Shown: positions 48,501-61,052 of the stretch, piece by piece
How the letters are laid out: each line of letters opens with the position of its first letter
Numbering within the stretch: position 1 is the stretch's first letter
From: Marsupella aquatica
Taxonomy: Eukaryota > Plantae > Marchantiophyta
Length of the DNA: 64,000 bases
Direction: 5' to 3'
Assembly (NCBI GenBank): GCA_973895155.1
Contig: OZ316893.1
Location: 19,844,857-19,908,856 of the forward strand
The notes under the pieces: model-generated
Seen by the model: the letters and a program-made list of their open reading frames with translations, nothing else
Databases searched by the model: none
What the model was told of the DNA's origin: nothing
Position numbers and translations under genes: made by a program

Positions 48501-49497
48501 TCAGATCTGATGAAATTCCAAACAGTTCTAGCGATCATAGATTCTTCAAGGGAGCACTTCATACCTTAATTTCGCCACCTGTGGTCAACTTTCCCGCGAG
48601 GATGTCTTTCCGTATCCCATCGACAATCTTAAGGGCAGTCCGTGGCCCAAAGTCTGCGACAAGCAAAGCCTGTGAGAGACAACAGATTGAGTTCTCCGTC
48701 TCTGTTCTGTTTCACAAAATTAAATGCCACCAAGTTCACTTCCAAGTTTGTTTTCAACGAACCATATATCAGAATAATTGTCAAAAATCCAGTCCTGGAT
48801 AGACTATTCTATTTCGTTTATTTGTTCATTTTTCATCATAGATAACGTAAATTCTCGCCTAACTAACCAATGCACGATTAAGTAGTTCAATAACATACAA
48901 TCTGGCACAGCTTTTTAATTTCAAACTGATACAAACTGAGACTCGTACATAACAATCAAGAATTCAATTCGTTAAGCATCTTCCCGTGTCTTCAACATTT
49001 TTCTGACTTCTATTTTGATAGCAAAGAGCAGAATCCGCCCCGAGACTGTGTAAAGAAATTTCATCAGCTATCACGGGCCCTACCTCTTCCAACTCATCCA
49101 GAGTGTTCTCCGAGTCAGGGAGATTCCAGTATGTGAGCAGTTCGTCCACCACAGACAAGTTCTGCCTGGTCTTGGAGAAGCCATTGAACAGTCTATCAAT
49201 GTCACCCTTTGCCTTCTCCTTAATGACTCTTCCCAGCTTGCCAAAGAATCCCACTTTGCTCTCGCTGCTCGCTGCACATCTTACGTCCGCTCTCTTCTTC
49301 TCCGTCTCTAGGCTTTTGCAGCTGCTGCTGCTGCTGCTGCTGCTCTGGCTCTGGATATGGATCTGGCTCTTCCACTGGGGAAGACATACAGCTGTGCTAC
49401 AAGCGAAAGATTGGCGAGAGGATCGTAGCTGATTGATAGATGGGGGCGAAGAGGCCAGGCCACTGCCACCCAAAGAGGTGCTGGCGAAGACCGCCAT
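45576..49497 (-). CDS. cpFtsY: Chloroplast signal recognition particle receptor cpFtsY (SRP GTPase), 11 exons, ~403 aa
   Basis: Exons 49497-49084, 48669-48565, 48341-48268, 48118-48060, 47749-47709, 47567-47447, 47161-47093, 46930-46848, 46719-46651, 46004-45942 and 45689-45576, all GT-AG with consistent phases. Ser-rich transit peptide; ALLVADFG, GVNGGGKTT (P-loop), DTFRAAA, DTSGR, TKLDGTSRGG and GVGEKLEDLQPFD motifs. Confidence 0.97.
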
Positions 49498-49820
49498 GAT
49501 TCCAGAAGGGCGACGAGGTTTAAGGCATGGAGGAAAAACTACTGGTACATTCTGTGCGGTGCCTTCAAGAAAGGATGATTTGAGATGGTGGCTGTACAAT
49601 ACTCGTAATGTGTATAAAGTACAAACTCCTTTATATCGTAACTAAACTGTTTGGATACCTAAACAATGTTTTTTGAGGGGGAAGGAAGGCCAATGAGACT
49701 AATGGAGTTCACAATCTTTGAAATATTTTTCTTTTTGTGAAGAAGGGCAAAGAAATATTGAGCACATCGTGAAGAGGGGGCTGGCTGGGAAGCCCCTATG
49801 GATTTCCAGAGCTAGGCTGG

Positions 49821-49962
49821 AACTGATTCAAAACATAAAAAATTGCTCAAATAGGATCCTTTGGCAGTTTGGACCAATGTGTGACCTATTAACTGATTCA
49901 AAACATAAAAAATTGCTCAAATAGGACCCTTTGGCAGTTTTGACCAATCTGTGACCTATTAA
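49821..49962. repeat. 70-bp tandem duplication upstream of cpFtsY
   Basis: AACTGATTCAAAACATAAAAATTGCTCAAATAGGA...TGTGACCTATT x2. Confidence 0.85.
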
Positions 49963-50001
49963 CGGGCTCCTTACAATTTGCAGCCTTTTCCATTTGTTAC
50001 A

Positions 50002-50834
50002 GACCCCACTAGAGGTCCCTCCCAAAATCCCTAGCACCACAGCGTGCTATGTCAACAACAACCGCAATAAACAAGACTCGTCAGTTTTGTGAATCAAACT
50101 TATAGTTTTCATTCGTGTTTGTGTCAATTTGGGTGTAAATTTTGGGACGCCGTGCCATAAAAGAAAAGTAAAAAGATTGGAAATGCAAAGAGCAAGACGG
50201 TTAAAATTGTCACTATGTAACCGTTTTAGTTACATTTCCAATTTTAAAACTTAAATTCAAATATTTATAAAAAGTATTTTTCATATAATAAATAATGACT
50301 AATAACTAACTTGATAACTTCCTTGTTAAACCGTAACTCCCGGTATGTAAGGACCTCTCGTATTGTATGGCCATTAATGCTAGGAAGAGCACATAGAAAC
50401 CCAGGATCGGGGAGGAGGAATGGCTGGAATCTTGAAAGTTCATCAAATTTTATACTCAAAACTATTTACTCATTCTCAAAACAAAAAATACCCAGTCGTA
50501 GATCTCATTGAGATCTTTCTTTTGCACCCTAGATCGCCTTCTAACATGGATGAATAAGATTTCTAGAGGCATTACAAAATGGACGGCAAAGATCATAAAA
50601 TCAACAAAATCGACGGCTAGGAAGGCTTGGATTTGTTTAATTTTTCATTTGAAAAATATTAACCCATTTGCAAAACGGACAGAACCCATCCATAGATCTA
50701 TTTGAGATCTTTCTTTTGAGCCATAGATTGGCCATTATGATGGACGGACGAGATTTCCGGAGATAAGAAATAGAGACGGCTCAGATCAACTCTTCCCCCT
50801 GATTTTATTAGCCAAGGGGTCCACGAACTAATTT
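50002..50834. repeat. 833-bp dispersed repeat, copy 2 (upstream of cpFtsY)
   Basis: Direct-orientation copy of 42973-43805. Confidence 0.92.
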
Positions 50835-53086
50835 ATACGGTTTCAAGTGGTTGCTCATGCCCAAACTATTCAGGGCATCTTTCACACAAATGAAACATCC
50901 ATTGGCAATTGGTTTATAAATTTTGACCATTTTCACCCTTGTTGGCAACGGAGCAAATGATCTCAATCAAAAGAATATCAAACTTTGTCAGGTAACAGAT
51001 TGGACATCAGAGAACAGGCTGAAAAACATTTGGGCTAAAATAAAGATCCAAAAGTTGTCAAAATAAATACACAAGTGTGCCAAAAACCAGCATTTCATAG
51101 CTGGTGAAGGCAGCTGGAAAAAGTGTTTGGGCGTCCTTCCAAAAGCAGCTGGTCAGTTAATTTTGGGTGTAAAGTGAGGCAGCGTGTTACACACTCCATT
51201 GGGATAGGCAAAACAAACCCCTCTGTCCATCCAGGCTTGCCTTAAAAAAACTACTCAAGGCGTCTTTCACAAAAGCCCTTCCCAAAATTCCTTCCAAAAG
51301 GCATTCAGACGCTTCTTCTTTCGAGTGTAAACTAGCTCATCACTTTATGAGTCCAAGGGGCGAGCCAAGGGGATGGCAATGTCCTAGGGCCCTGGGGGAT
51401 CTCACTTCCTTGAAAATGGCACATCATATGTGACAAAACTCGGGGTTTGTTTTATTGTTTTAAGGGAAAACTCTAAATTAATTATAGATAAACTTTCCAA
51501 TCTTTGAAATCCAATTTTTAGATTTATGAACAAAAGACTCGGGGGGCCTCACTCCTAGGGGGGTCCCATATCCTGTGAAAAATTTTGCCGAGGAACAAAC
51601 ACCCTAAAACATTTAAAGGTATTTTTTGTCCTGACTTTTTGGAATATTCTTGAAATCTTCTCATATTTGATTCTAATAATCACTATGATTATTATAGTTC
51701 TCAAAACTGGATTCAAACACCCCTAATGTTCTTCCACAAATTTAAAAGTTTTCTACTAAACCCAATTAAAACACCCTATACTTATTGGCACGTGATGGGT
51801 TGGAAGAAAAGTTCTAAGTGAGTAGGTAACATTTTGATGACATGAGCTAGCCTTGAAAAGGGTAACAAATTCATTTATGTTTTCTAAATTTAGGATGTCC
51901 AAGCCTTAAAAACATTTCAAGTGATGGGGTCTTCACATAGTCAGACCCCAGAGCTAGGGCCTCACTAAGAGTAAACCCCCTACCTAGTTGTGTACATACA
52001 CAAAAAATTTAAAACCTTTTAAAATAGTTACCATTTATAGTAACATATGTAAACGTCAATATTCAATACTTTGCAGAATTTCTAAATAATGCAAGTTCAC
52101 TCCATTTAACCCAGGCTAGATTAAAAAACAGAATAACTATGTCAATGAGTACCCTAAATGAGTTTAGATTCACCTTCATGTGTACGCACCGCTTCCCATG
52201 TGGGGGACAATTTCTCTAATTATCCGAACTTATTTTTGAAATAATCGGGTAGTCAGGCCCAAAATCTTAGCAATTATTTATTTCTTGTGTGTACCAAGAT
52301 GGCATGGTATATTGTTCTCAGTAAGCTTAAAGTACATACCTGAGGCAAAGTACAAAAAGTTCAGCCTGATTCTTGACACAAATCACTGCAGTTTCATTTG
52401 AAAGACTTTACTTTAAGAAAAAAACATGATTTGGAGTGAGAAAGGATACTTCACAATGAACTAATTAAATTAGCTTAAGTTTTGTAAATGCATTACTATT
52501 AATTTTTGAACGAGGCTATATATCAAGACTTACTTACACCAAAGGTTACAACTCTTCCCCATCCAATCAGAGCACATCTAATTTTTGTTAATATCATGCA
52601 AGCATTGTAAAGAGACTAATATTGAATGGTCAACCCTCAATATGCTCTTGAATAAGTCCTCGCATGTGCATTCTTCTTTTTTTTCCTTTTGACAAAAATT
52701 TCCCCAAATTGTGTGGGGATTGAATAGCTTGACAGGGGATTGGTCTTGGGACCGGTCTTTGAATCTTGGCCTTAGACGAGTCTCAATGTCAGACAAATTG
52801 TCTAAAGACATTGAGACTCGTCTAAAGTTGGAGCCCATAGTACTTGCATTTCTTGTAATTGAATCATGTTCATGTCAGCAGTTTCGTAACCAGAGGCCAA
52901 GAGGTGCCCCTTTCTCATTCTGACCATTATCCAGATTGATCACCCAGAGCAATCAAGAGAGCTTGGAATGAATGCATGACCCTTAGAAAAGAATAAAGAT
53001 TGAAGGGTATGGCTACAAAACTTGTTACATTTGGAAATGATGGGAATTCATCTTTTGCTGAATTGCCTTACCTGTCTTAATTTCAG

Positions 53087-54977
53087 ACCATGAAGTCATA
53101 ACAGGCTTGAGATTGTGAAATGGGGCAATATGCAAGGCAAAGTCAGAAAAGGCTTTGCCACATTATGAAATCAGAAGTGTGCAATTTGCAATTTTGGGAC
53201 CTCAGGAATTGGGTGTAGATCGGAATGATCTCAAGCTGAATGATCTCAAGCTGACAAGTGTGATATAGTCAGACACAGTGTCATAGCCCAACTACAAGCC
53301 CAGGATTAAAAGTCTTCACTTCCGACAGACTTCAATATTAGTCATCTGCTAACAGACATTCAAATAATGTTGTTCACTAGAATTCAATGTAGGGTCTCAC
53401 AAAAGATCAAAAACTTTCAGGTGGTTTTCAGCAAAAGCCTCAACTAGATATTTTGAAGACCAAAAGAAGATCAGATTTTTCCTACAGTTGCCCAGGGCAC
53501 AGTATACCCGAATTCTTTTGAAGGAAAGAATTACTTTAAGTTGTACTTTGACAAGTTCATAAAAGTTGTAAGTAATGCGATGTAAGAGAACCCACAAATT
53601 TTGTCGTAAGTGAATTGATCCAGTTTATAGCTGAGCCCCTTTTCAGGTGATGGCAGAATTTGAACCACCCAAGGGCCCAGTGACAGATGACACAGTTCCA
53701 AATGAGGATGGAGCAGTTGGATCATCTTCTGTTGTAAACCAAAACACAGCCCAGAATGTTGTCAAACGAGGTGATAACATTGTACTGACACCCCTGTGCT
53801 TGTTCAATTCAGCGTAACTGCCATAGCATTGACTATGTAATATCTTGGTGTCTAATGTGATGGATCTCCAGGTATCTTGAAGAATTAGGATTCGCTATAT
53901 TACTGCAAGACGACTTTTGTGAATATTTGCATAGATCGTTGTTTAAGGTGTGTCAACCACGCCACTCAGTCTACCTTCAGTCACTCAATCACTAATGACT
54001 TGAAGCAAGCAGCATAGTCCCACTACTATAGCAGTTGAATTCAATAGTTTTGACAAACAGGCAAATTAATGCTTACAATAGAGTGTTTGAAATGCATATA
54101 ATGTTAATTAGAGCATTAAGTTTTTCATTCTTTATATAGTTCAGCCCTCCCTGAAATCACTTCTTTGTTGTGTACCATATCTATGACTCAAGAGGGTTGG
54201 TAGGGGGGGTTGGTTCCTTCCACATTATACTCATGAATAGAGAGGGACATGATTTTTAAAGAGTGTGATCCATTCACAGTTGTGCTTTAAGTCCTACACA
54301 ACTACTATCTTAGAGATCCAAAGTAGCATAGCTACAAAGAGCCTCCTGTCACGCTTCCAAAGTAGCATAGCTACAAAGTCTTGCCCCGTCTACTATATGG
54401 AAGATAAGCAACTTTCAAATGTGCACTTTTATACTCAATGTGTAAGTCATCTCAAGTAGTGATTGAACAAATTAAGTATCTGTCATCGTACGTACAACAA
54501 GATTATATGATTGCCTTTTAGTGTCTGAGTTCGATAAAGATTTACCCCGGGAAATCTTTGACAAATATATCTTAGCTTGCTATATCCGTGGGATCTTGAA
54601 TCTAAATGGTGCATGATTCTTAGCTACTACTGTTGTCAATGGCACCAATTAATAGACACCCAGCAAGGCAAGTCATGTCTAAGTAGCTAGTTATGTCTGA
54701 CATTTTTTTCTCCTTGTTTGAGCATGCAGAGGCTCCAGATAGCCTCAGACGACTCTCAGACGCATTGGAAGGATGGAAAAACAAGCAAGATGAAATAAAC
54801 AAGAAATTCCTTGAAAGTTTTGAGCAGATTGGGAGTGATCTTTCAAAAATCCACAGTGATACTGGAAATTTGCGAAGAACCTATGATGACATGCGGGTCG
54901 CTCAAAGAAAGGCTTCTGTGAGATCCTCACGAAGACGGACAACAATCCATCCACCACCTCCACCCAAAGAAAGTTAA
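53087..54977 (+). pseudogene. Decayed spliced gene of unknown function, possibly transposon-derived
   Basis: Putative exons ~53087-53567 (in-frame stops; GTAAGT donor), 53647-53770 (open) and 54730-54977 (open, coiled-coil-like). Splice phases are compatible (0, then 1). Confidence 0.45.
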
Positions 54978-56301
54978 TTGATGAGTTGCCTCACAAGTTA
55001 TGAGTAATATATGTCCTTTGTAAGTAGCATTTTGGGGTTGTAGACTGAGGGATTTTCTTGCAGCCTAAACTTAATATGGCACAGCTCACATCCTTACGAA
55101 GAAATTGTAGGGCATACTTTAAGTAGGTGTCAAAGTGGGATCATTATCCTGTTCTCTTTCATGCTTCACCAATGAGGTTATAAATGGATACAAAAACTGA
55201 TCCATAATTCATCTGTTCATTCAACTCCATCTCAAGAGCCCCCTCACCCCCACCCACCAAGATTGGTGTTTGAAGAATCCAAAATAAAGAATTGCTTAGA
55301 GCATTGGCAGGCCCATGCACCTGACTGTTTGGCAGGGGTTTGGGCCCCAACATCTTTCCCAGGTGAGATTGACTTATATAACAATAATGCATCAAGTGAC
55401 AAGAGGCAAACCTTCCTATGAAAAACCCACAAACTTGACACCGTATATAGCCTGCAACCCTGCCCGCAACCCTGTGCATGATACAGACTGTCATGCAACA
55501 AGCAGTGTAGAATCAATTTGGCAGGATGGGGAAAAGTTGAATGGTGACATGGAAAAATGGAGAATAATTATGGTAGCCCACAGAGCTTGTTGGGACACGG
55601 GCTGCAAAAACATTGGGAATTGCAGCGACCCTTACAAGCCCTAACTTGATCAAGGGAAGTCCCAAAATTTTGCCAGTCACATGATGTGCCAGCCCGGTGC
55701 CCTATGCCAGGCACTGATGTTGATGCTTTTGGAGATATAAAAGTTATCTAAACTATTCATTAATGGACTTGGAAACCCAGGACAGGACCCCAACCAGGAA
55801 TTATGAAAAATAGAAAACTAGGGAGTATGGCATTTTTCATGACTTTTATGCAGAATCAAGAACCAAATGAATGATTGATTTCTCTCTCAAGAAAAAAGAC
55901 CAAAAGAGTTGGTTTGTTTCAACTGTTTTCCATACTTGGAGATAATAATTTCAGTCAATCAGTGATCGGGTCACTGACTAATTCAGAACATAATCTACCT
56001 GACTTCTGGCTGGTAGCTTGCCTGATTGTCTTGAGAGTGGATTCCTTCCCCTGCCAATGGCCATTGAGAGTAATGCGTTAAACAGGCTCAAGACAGGCAG
56101 CACGACAAAATGTGGACAGATGAACCTAAACACAATGTGAACAAAACATGTTCCCAAAAGGTTTGACGAAGGCGTCCACATTTGATTTTTCAAAATTCCT
56201 CTGAATTTTTTATGCAATATTTACAATATCATGAAAAAATGAGGGGGCACTACAATAATGGCGCTTGCGTACTTCATTGAGGCCGTTAACTCTCTTCTTT
56301 C

Positions 56302-56685
56302 TAGTTTGAATGCAATAGCTAGAATATATTCAACCAAGTTGGGAGGCTGAGGTACGGTGCTTGAGTGCTCCAATGCACCTACCTTAAGATCCTTCATTGG
56401 TAGTTTGAATACAATGGTCACAATGTATTCAATTAAGTTAGGAGACTATTATTCTATGGTGCTTAGGTGCTCCGATGCGACTGTAAGATCTTTCATTGGT
56501 AGTTTGAATACAATAGCCACAATATATCCAAACCCGGATTCAACCACAATGGGAGGCTGCAATATGGCTCTTGGGTGCTCCAATGCGCCCGCAAAATCCT
56601 GCATTTGTAGTTTGAACACAATATACTGTAAATCTATTCAACCAAGTCGGGAGGCCATGGCGCTACAATGCTTGGGTGCTCCATT
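56302..56685. repeat. Diverged ~100-110-bp tandem repeat x~4
   Basis: TAGTTTGAAYRCAATA...GGGAGGC...GTGCTCCAATGC units. Confidence 0.75.
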
Positions 56686-57838
56686 GCGGCCAGGGGTTAC
56701 GATGCTTGTGTGATCCTCACACTACAAAATTACCTTTTGACATTACTACACAAGACCAACCACAATGTTATCAGACTGCATAGTCAGCTGAACTGTTCAT
56801 AAGAACATTGTTGTAAAGGAGTGGGCCTGGAGGTCCAATGGAAGATAATCAACTAGGAATGAATCTTCATCTTTGATCCATTATTTAGGATATAGTTTTG
56901 TTTGGAGGTCCACTAAGTTATTTCAATCTCAAAATGTAGGCTATTGCAAGTCAACACAAAGCCGTGGTCATTGCGAGGGACAAGTCTAGACTTGCAAATT
57001 TAAAGTTTTTGAAACATCTCCTGAGAGTGGTAATTTATGACTGATGCCTGATTTATTGGAGCATCCTTCACAAAAAAGTGAACAATCAGTTGGGAATTGG
57101 TTCACAATATTTGAGCATTTTGGGGCTTGTCGGAAATGGAGTAAATGATCTCAAGAGAATCTCAAACTTGTGAGGTACTAGAATGGATGTCAGATTAGAT
57201 GCCGGAAACTGAGATTAGACAAACATCTAAAATTAAGTTGAATGTCCAAATATAAATAAATGCACAAAAGTGTCCAAAAAACACCAGCTTACATTTGGTG
57301 GGGATGCCAATTGATAGATACTACTTGAGGGTCCTTAGCAAAAGTGAAGTGTCCTTCTAAAAATCAAGTCACTTTTTTCCATGGGGTCAATGTTGAATTA
57401 TCAATGGGGATGGGCAAAACCAACCCCTAAGTCGGCTTTAATACTTTTATACATACTATACATTTTAAAGTTTTAAGAGTTTAGTTTTTCCTAGTATTGC
57501 CCCCAAACCAATATTTCTAATCACCAAACCGTAGACTGTGCATAACCATGATCCTATGGAGATATTGTATGATGTGAGCAAACAGGAATTTTTGATAGGA
57601 GGAATGTTGTTAGCAAGTCACTAGTGATTCTGTATTTTTTCCATTTTTGCGGACTTTTATATGTTGAGTGCATTTCCAAGATTCAAGATGGATAGCAAGT
57701 TGGCTAGCCAAAAGGGGATCCTCAAAAATGTATTTTATTAACCAGGTTTTTTTTTCTCAATTTATTGACTCAATTACCTAAAGTGAAGGCCCAGATTGAC
57801 CACCATGTTGGACACAATGTTCTTGTGAACCACATTTT

Positions 57839-58172
57839 TGTTAGGATTTACTCTTAGGTCTAGAGTTACGACTGTACCGTAGTTAAGGTTAACCTTAGTC
57901 GCAGACTTGCTTAGGTTAGTCATGTTGTGCACACTCTATAACCAAACGGTGCTGTTTGGAGAGTGGGAACTCAGGCAGTTCATTGTTACGGAGCTAGTTG
58001 AGAGATAGAGAGAGCTTGCGCTATGGATGCTCGGCCTAGAGTGCAGTAAAGCTCTTGTGTGTTCCCGTGGACGTAGCCTCATGTGAAGGTGAACCACATA
58101 TCTCTGTGTGTCGACTTTTGTACGTTGGATGGTTCATGGGCTTGTCATTGCAATTGTCATCTATGTTCAACA
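57839..58172 (+). mobile_element. Ty1/copia-type solo LTR (334 bp)
   Basis: TGTT...AACA termini with a perfect 5-bp TSD ATTTT (57834-57838, 58173-58177). Internal CCCGTGGACGTAGCC...GAACCAC motif typical of plant copia LTRs, and TATA-like CTCTATAACC. Confidence 0.88.
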
Positions 58173-58359
58173 ATTTTGGTGGTCCCTGAGAGTTTTTGAG
58201 CTTATAACTTGATAATTATGAATTTTTAAATAAATTTTAGTTTTTCATCTGCAAGGTAACTAGAGAAGGAGGAGACATAAAAAAACTAGCCTTAATTAAT
58301 ATTTCATATCATCACAATGAAAATTAAATTCATAAAATTTACCCCTCCACTTCATGATC

Positions 58360-58808
58360 AATCAAAATGGCCAAAACTTTACTCTCATTTTGATGGAAAT
58401 GTAACTTACCTACAACTCTAGCACATACTCAAAAATAAAAGAAAAAATGTGAGTATCACCTTATTACAATTAAACTCATATTTTGTGAAATGTGGTGCAT
58501 GGGTTTCAAAAGACCAATTTTGTGGTCTTGGGGGCTTCAAAAGACCAACGTTGTGGTACATAGGAGCATGCTTTTCTACAATAAATTGCCCCATAATCAA
58601 AATGGCCAAAACTTTACTCTCACTTTGATTTAAATGTAACTTACCTACTCCTCTAGCACATACTGGAGTATCACCTTATTACAATTAAACTCATATTTTG
58701 TGAAATGTGGTGCATGGGTTTCAACGACCAATCTTGTGGTCCATGGGGGCTTCAAAAGACCAATATTGTGGTCCATGGGAGCATGATATTCTATAATTAC
58801 CCCATAAT
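58360..58808. repeat. ~235-bp tandem duplication
   Basis: AATCAAAATGGCCAAAACTTTACTCTCA... at ~58360 and ~58595. Confidence 0.85.
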
Positions 58809-59501
58809 AGTGATTTGGACATGCAAGAATTCTACGATAGCCGCCGCGAATTGAGGGATTGGGATCGACGTCGTTCTCTATGGTCATCTTAAAAAGCCGC
58901 GCAAATTAGTTGTGTAGCCATCATAGTGAGTGCCACATTGATGAACAATAATCTGCGCGCACCATCAGTCCTTTCCTATCCCGACGGCCGGCATTCCCTT
59001 CCAGTTGAGCTACAGCTCGCGCTTGCTCGATCCGTCGGCGCTTGGCCTGCTACTGATCAATCCGTCGGTCTTTTGTATTCGCCAATTGGAGGCTTGTAGT
59101 GATTGATTTGTTCGGTCCACAACTCCTTTTTTGTTTTGGTCTTCAATTGAAGAATTGTAGTTAAGTTATGGGTGGGTTGAAATCTCTCTCTGTTTTGTTT
59201 CGGAAGCACTCTTCTATGAATTAAAGTAGATTCGGTCGATATCTGTGTTGAGCGAGTCCGTTCGATCTCTGGAGCTTCTGTGTATAGTTCGTGTCCCATT
59301 CAGTGAGAGTGGAATCTGTTTCATGAATTAAAATGCTTCATCTCGTCGTAATTACATGACGGTACGTGACGATCGACCGTTTCGTCTTTTGGCTTCGTTA
59401 ACGATCGAGAAAACTAAGGTTTAGAGATCGATCTCACGCGGACGACGATAGAAATGTTCTCTTCGCTGTATCGTGCTTGAATGGATCTGTGCGTATTTAC
59501 A

Positions 59502-59680
59502 AGGATTTTGCTGTTCGTTCGCAAGTGAAGCTGCTGCACAAGCCAGCTAGACGGCTGGAAGATCAGAGCGAGTAGCTGAGTACTTGACTCAGGATTTTTG
59601 CTGTTCGTTCGCAAGTGAAGCTGCTTCACAACCAGCTAGACGGCTGGAACATCAGAGCGAGTAGCTAAGTTATAGACTCA
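59502..59680. repeat. ~90-bp tandem duplication in the leader/intron region of the TPD1-like gene
   Basis: AGGATTTTGCTGTTCGTTCGCAAGTGAAGCTGCT...GACTCA x2. Confidence 0.85.
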
Positions 59681-60353
59681 TCACTCTGCCGTAAACGAAT
59701 CCCTCTGACTCTTGGCGAGCATAATATGTCGTGAGCATTTCTGAAATTGTAGCATATAGTCTGCGAGAAACCGCCAATCGTGTTGGCAACAGCCATAGAA
59801 CCCCTCAGTTCGGAGTAACCATCACATCGGAAATTCCAAGTTTTCTTTCATTCAACGCCGCTGCAGACTCACCCTCGATCGAGGACGGAACTTTCAGACT
59901 TGTCAGTCTTGTAGTCTTCTGTTGCAGTATGAATAAATTACACGAGCGGTACATCATTAATGCGCGTCCGAGCGGTAAAGCACATTTCACTACATAACGG
60001 TGCAGCGTAGATTTGGTGATACATTGGCGTTCCGGTCGCGGATGGCTAGTTTGTTTGGATGATGTGACAGTAACTATGAATTTCTATTTCTCATGCTCCC
60101 CCTGACGGTTTTAGTGTTTCTAAATGTTGCAATTTTCAACCTGCGCTGAACGAATCTGACAAGGCAGCCACCTAAGTTCTTAATTAGCCATATCTGACGA
60201 GTGGTGTCGCGATTTCAAGCTAGTGAATCACTAATTTGCCTTCAGAACAGCTCTTCTAATCCATCATTCTTCTCCTGTGCTTCTGCTGCAGATTTTCGTC
60301 ACCGTCCAAATTTGAATTCGAGTTGTAGAAAGGGGAACGACTCGACGTCGAAG

Positions 60354-61052
60354 ATGCAGAATGTCGTGCTCAACGTTCTGCTGAAACTATGCCTTGCAAC
60401 TTTTCTCAGCAACGTGGCTCTAGGCACTGAAGCGCTTCGCTCTGCTGAGCTCAGCAATGATGGAAATGTTGCAAATAACCTGGCATTTCCCAACCATCTG
60501 ATTGCTGAAAATCCCGCAGACGGATTGCACGAGCAGGGCGTCGACGAAACTCACCCGGGTTCGTTCTTTAAAGCCAGACTTTCTCCTCTATCTTACGTAT
60601 AACTCTATGAGTTTCTTCTTGACCACACAGTCAGCTAGAGTGACACAGCTAGAGTTGTAATTAAGCTCACCACTGCAAATTCTTCGTCGCTGGGTTGTGT
60701 TACAGGGGAGACGGCGAACGACAGAGATCCGGCGTTTCAAGAACAGTGCAGCTATCACTCTGATTTGCAGGTCACACAGGAGTCCAGTTACCTGCCCAAC
60801 GGCCTACCACTCTTTTCTGTCACTTTCACAAATACCTGCCTCGATTGCGCGTTCAGCGATATCATCATCGGTTGTGGACACTTCGCCTCTTCAAAGTGGG
60901 TCGATCCTGCCATATTCAGGAGGTTTGGCGACAGGTCCTGTCTCCTTAACAACGGGAACCCGATAGCCCCGCAGAACACAGTCGCGTTCGAATACATCAG
61001 CACATTTTCGTACCCAATGACGGTGGTCCGTGCGCAGAGCTCATGTGCATAG
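60354..61052 (+). CDS. TAPETUM DETERMINANT1 (TPD1)-like secreted cysteine-rich protein, 2 exons, ~183 aa
   Basis: Exon 1 60354-60558 (hydrophobic signal-peptide-like N-terminus), phase-1 intron 60559-60705, exon 2 60706-61052. The TPD1 domain pattern C...NGLP.FSVTFTNTC..C.FSDI...CG.FAS...VDP..FRR.....CLLN.G.PI......F.Y...F.YPM is present. Confidence 0.9.

Noticed and set aside
48326-49645. Plus-strand ORFs over cpFtsY (also those antisense to the DUF1218, Bet v1-like and TPD1-like genes)
   Set aside because: Antisense shadows of real exons.
42973-50834. The two 833-bp repeats as paired LTRs of a retroelement that captured cpFtsY
   Set aside because: No TG..CA ends, PBS, PPT or TSD, and cpFtsY retains all its introns, arguing against retro-capture.
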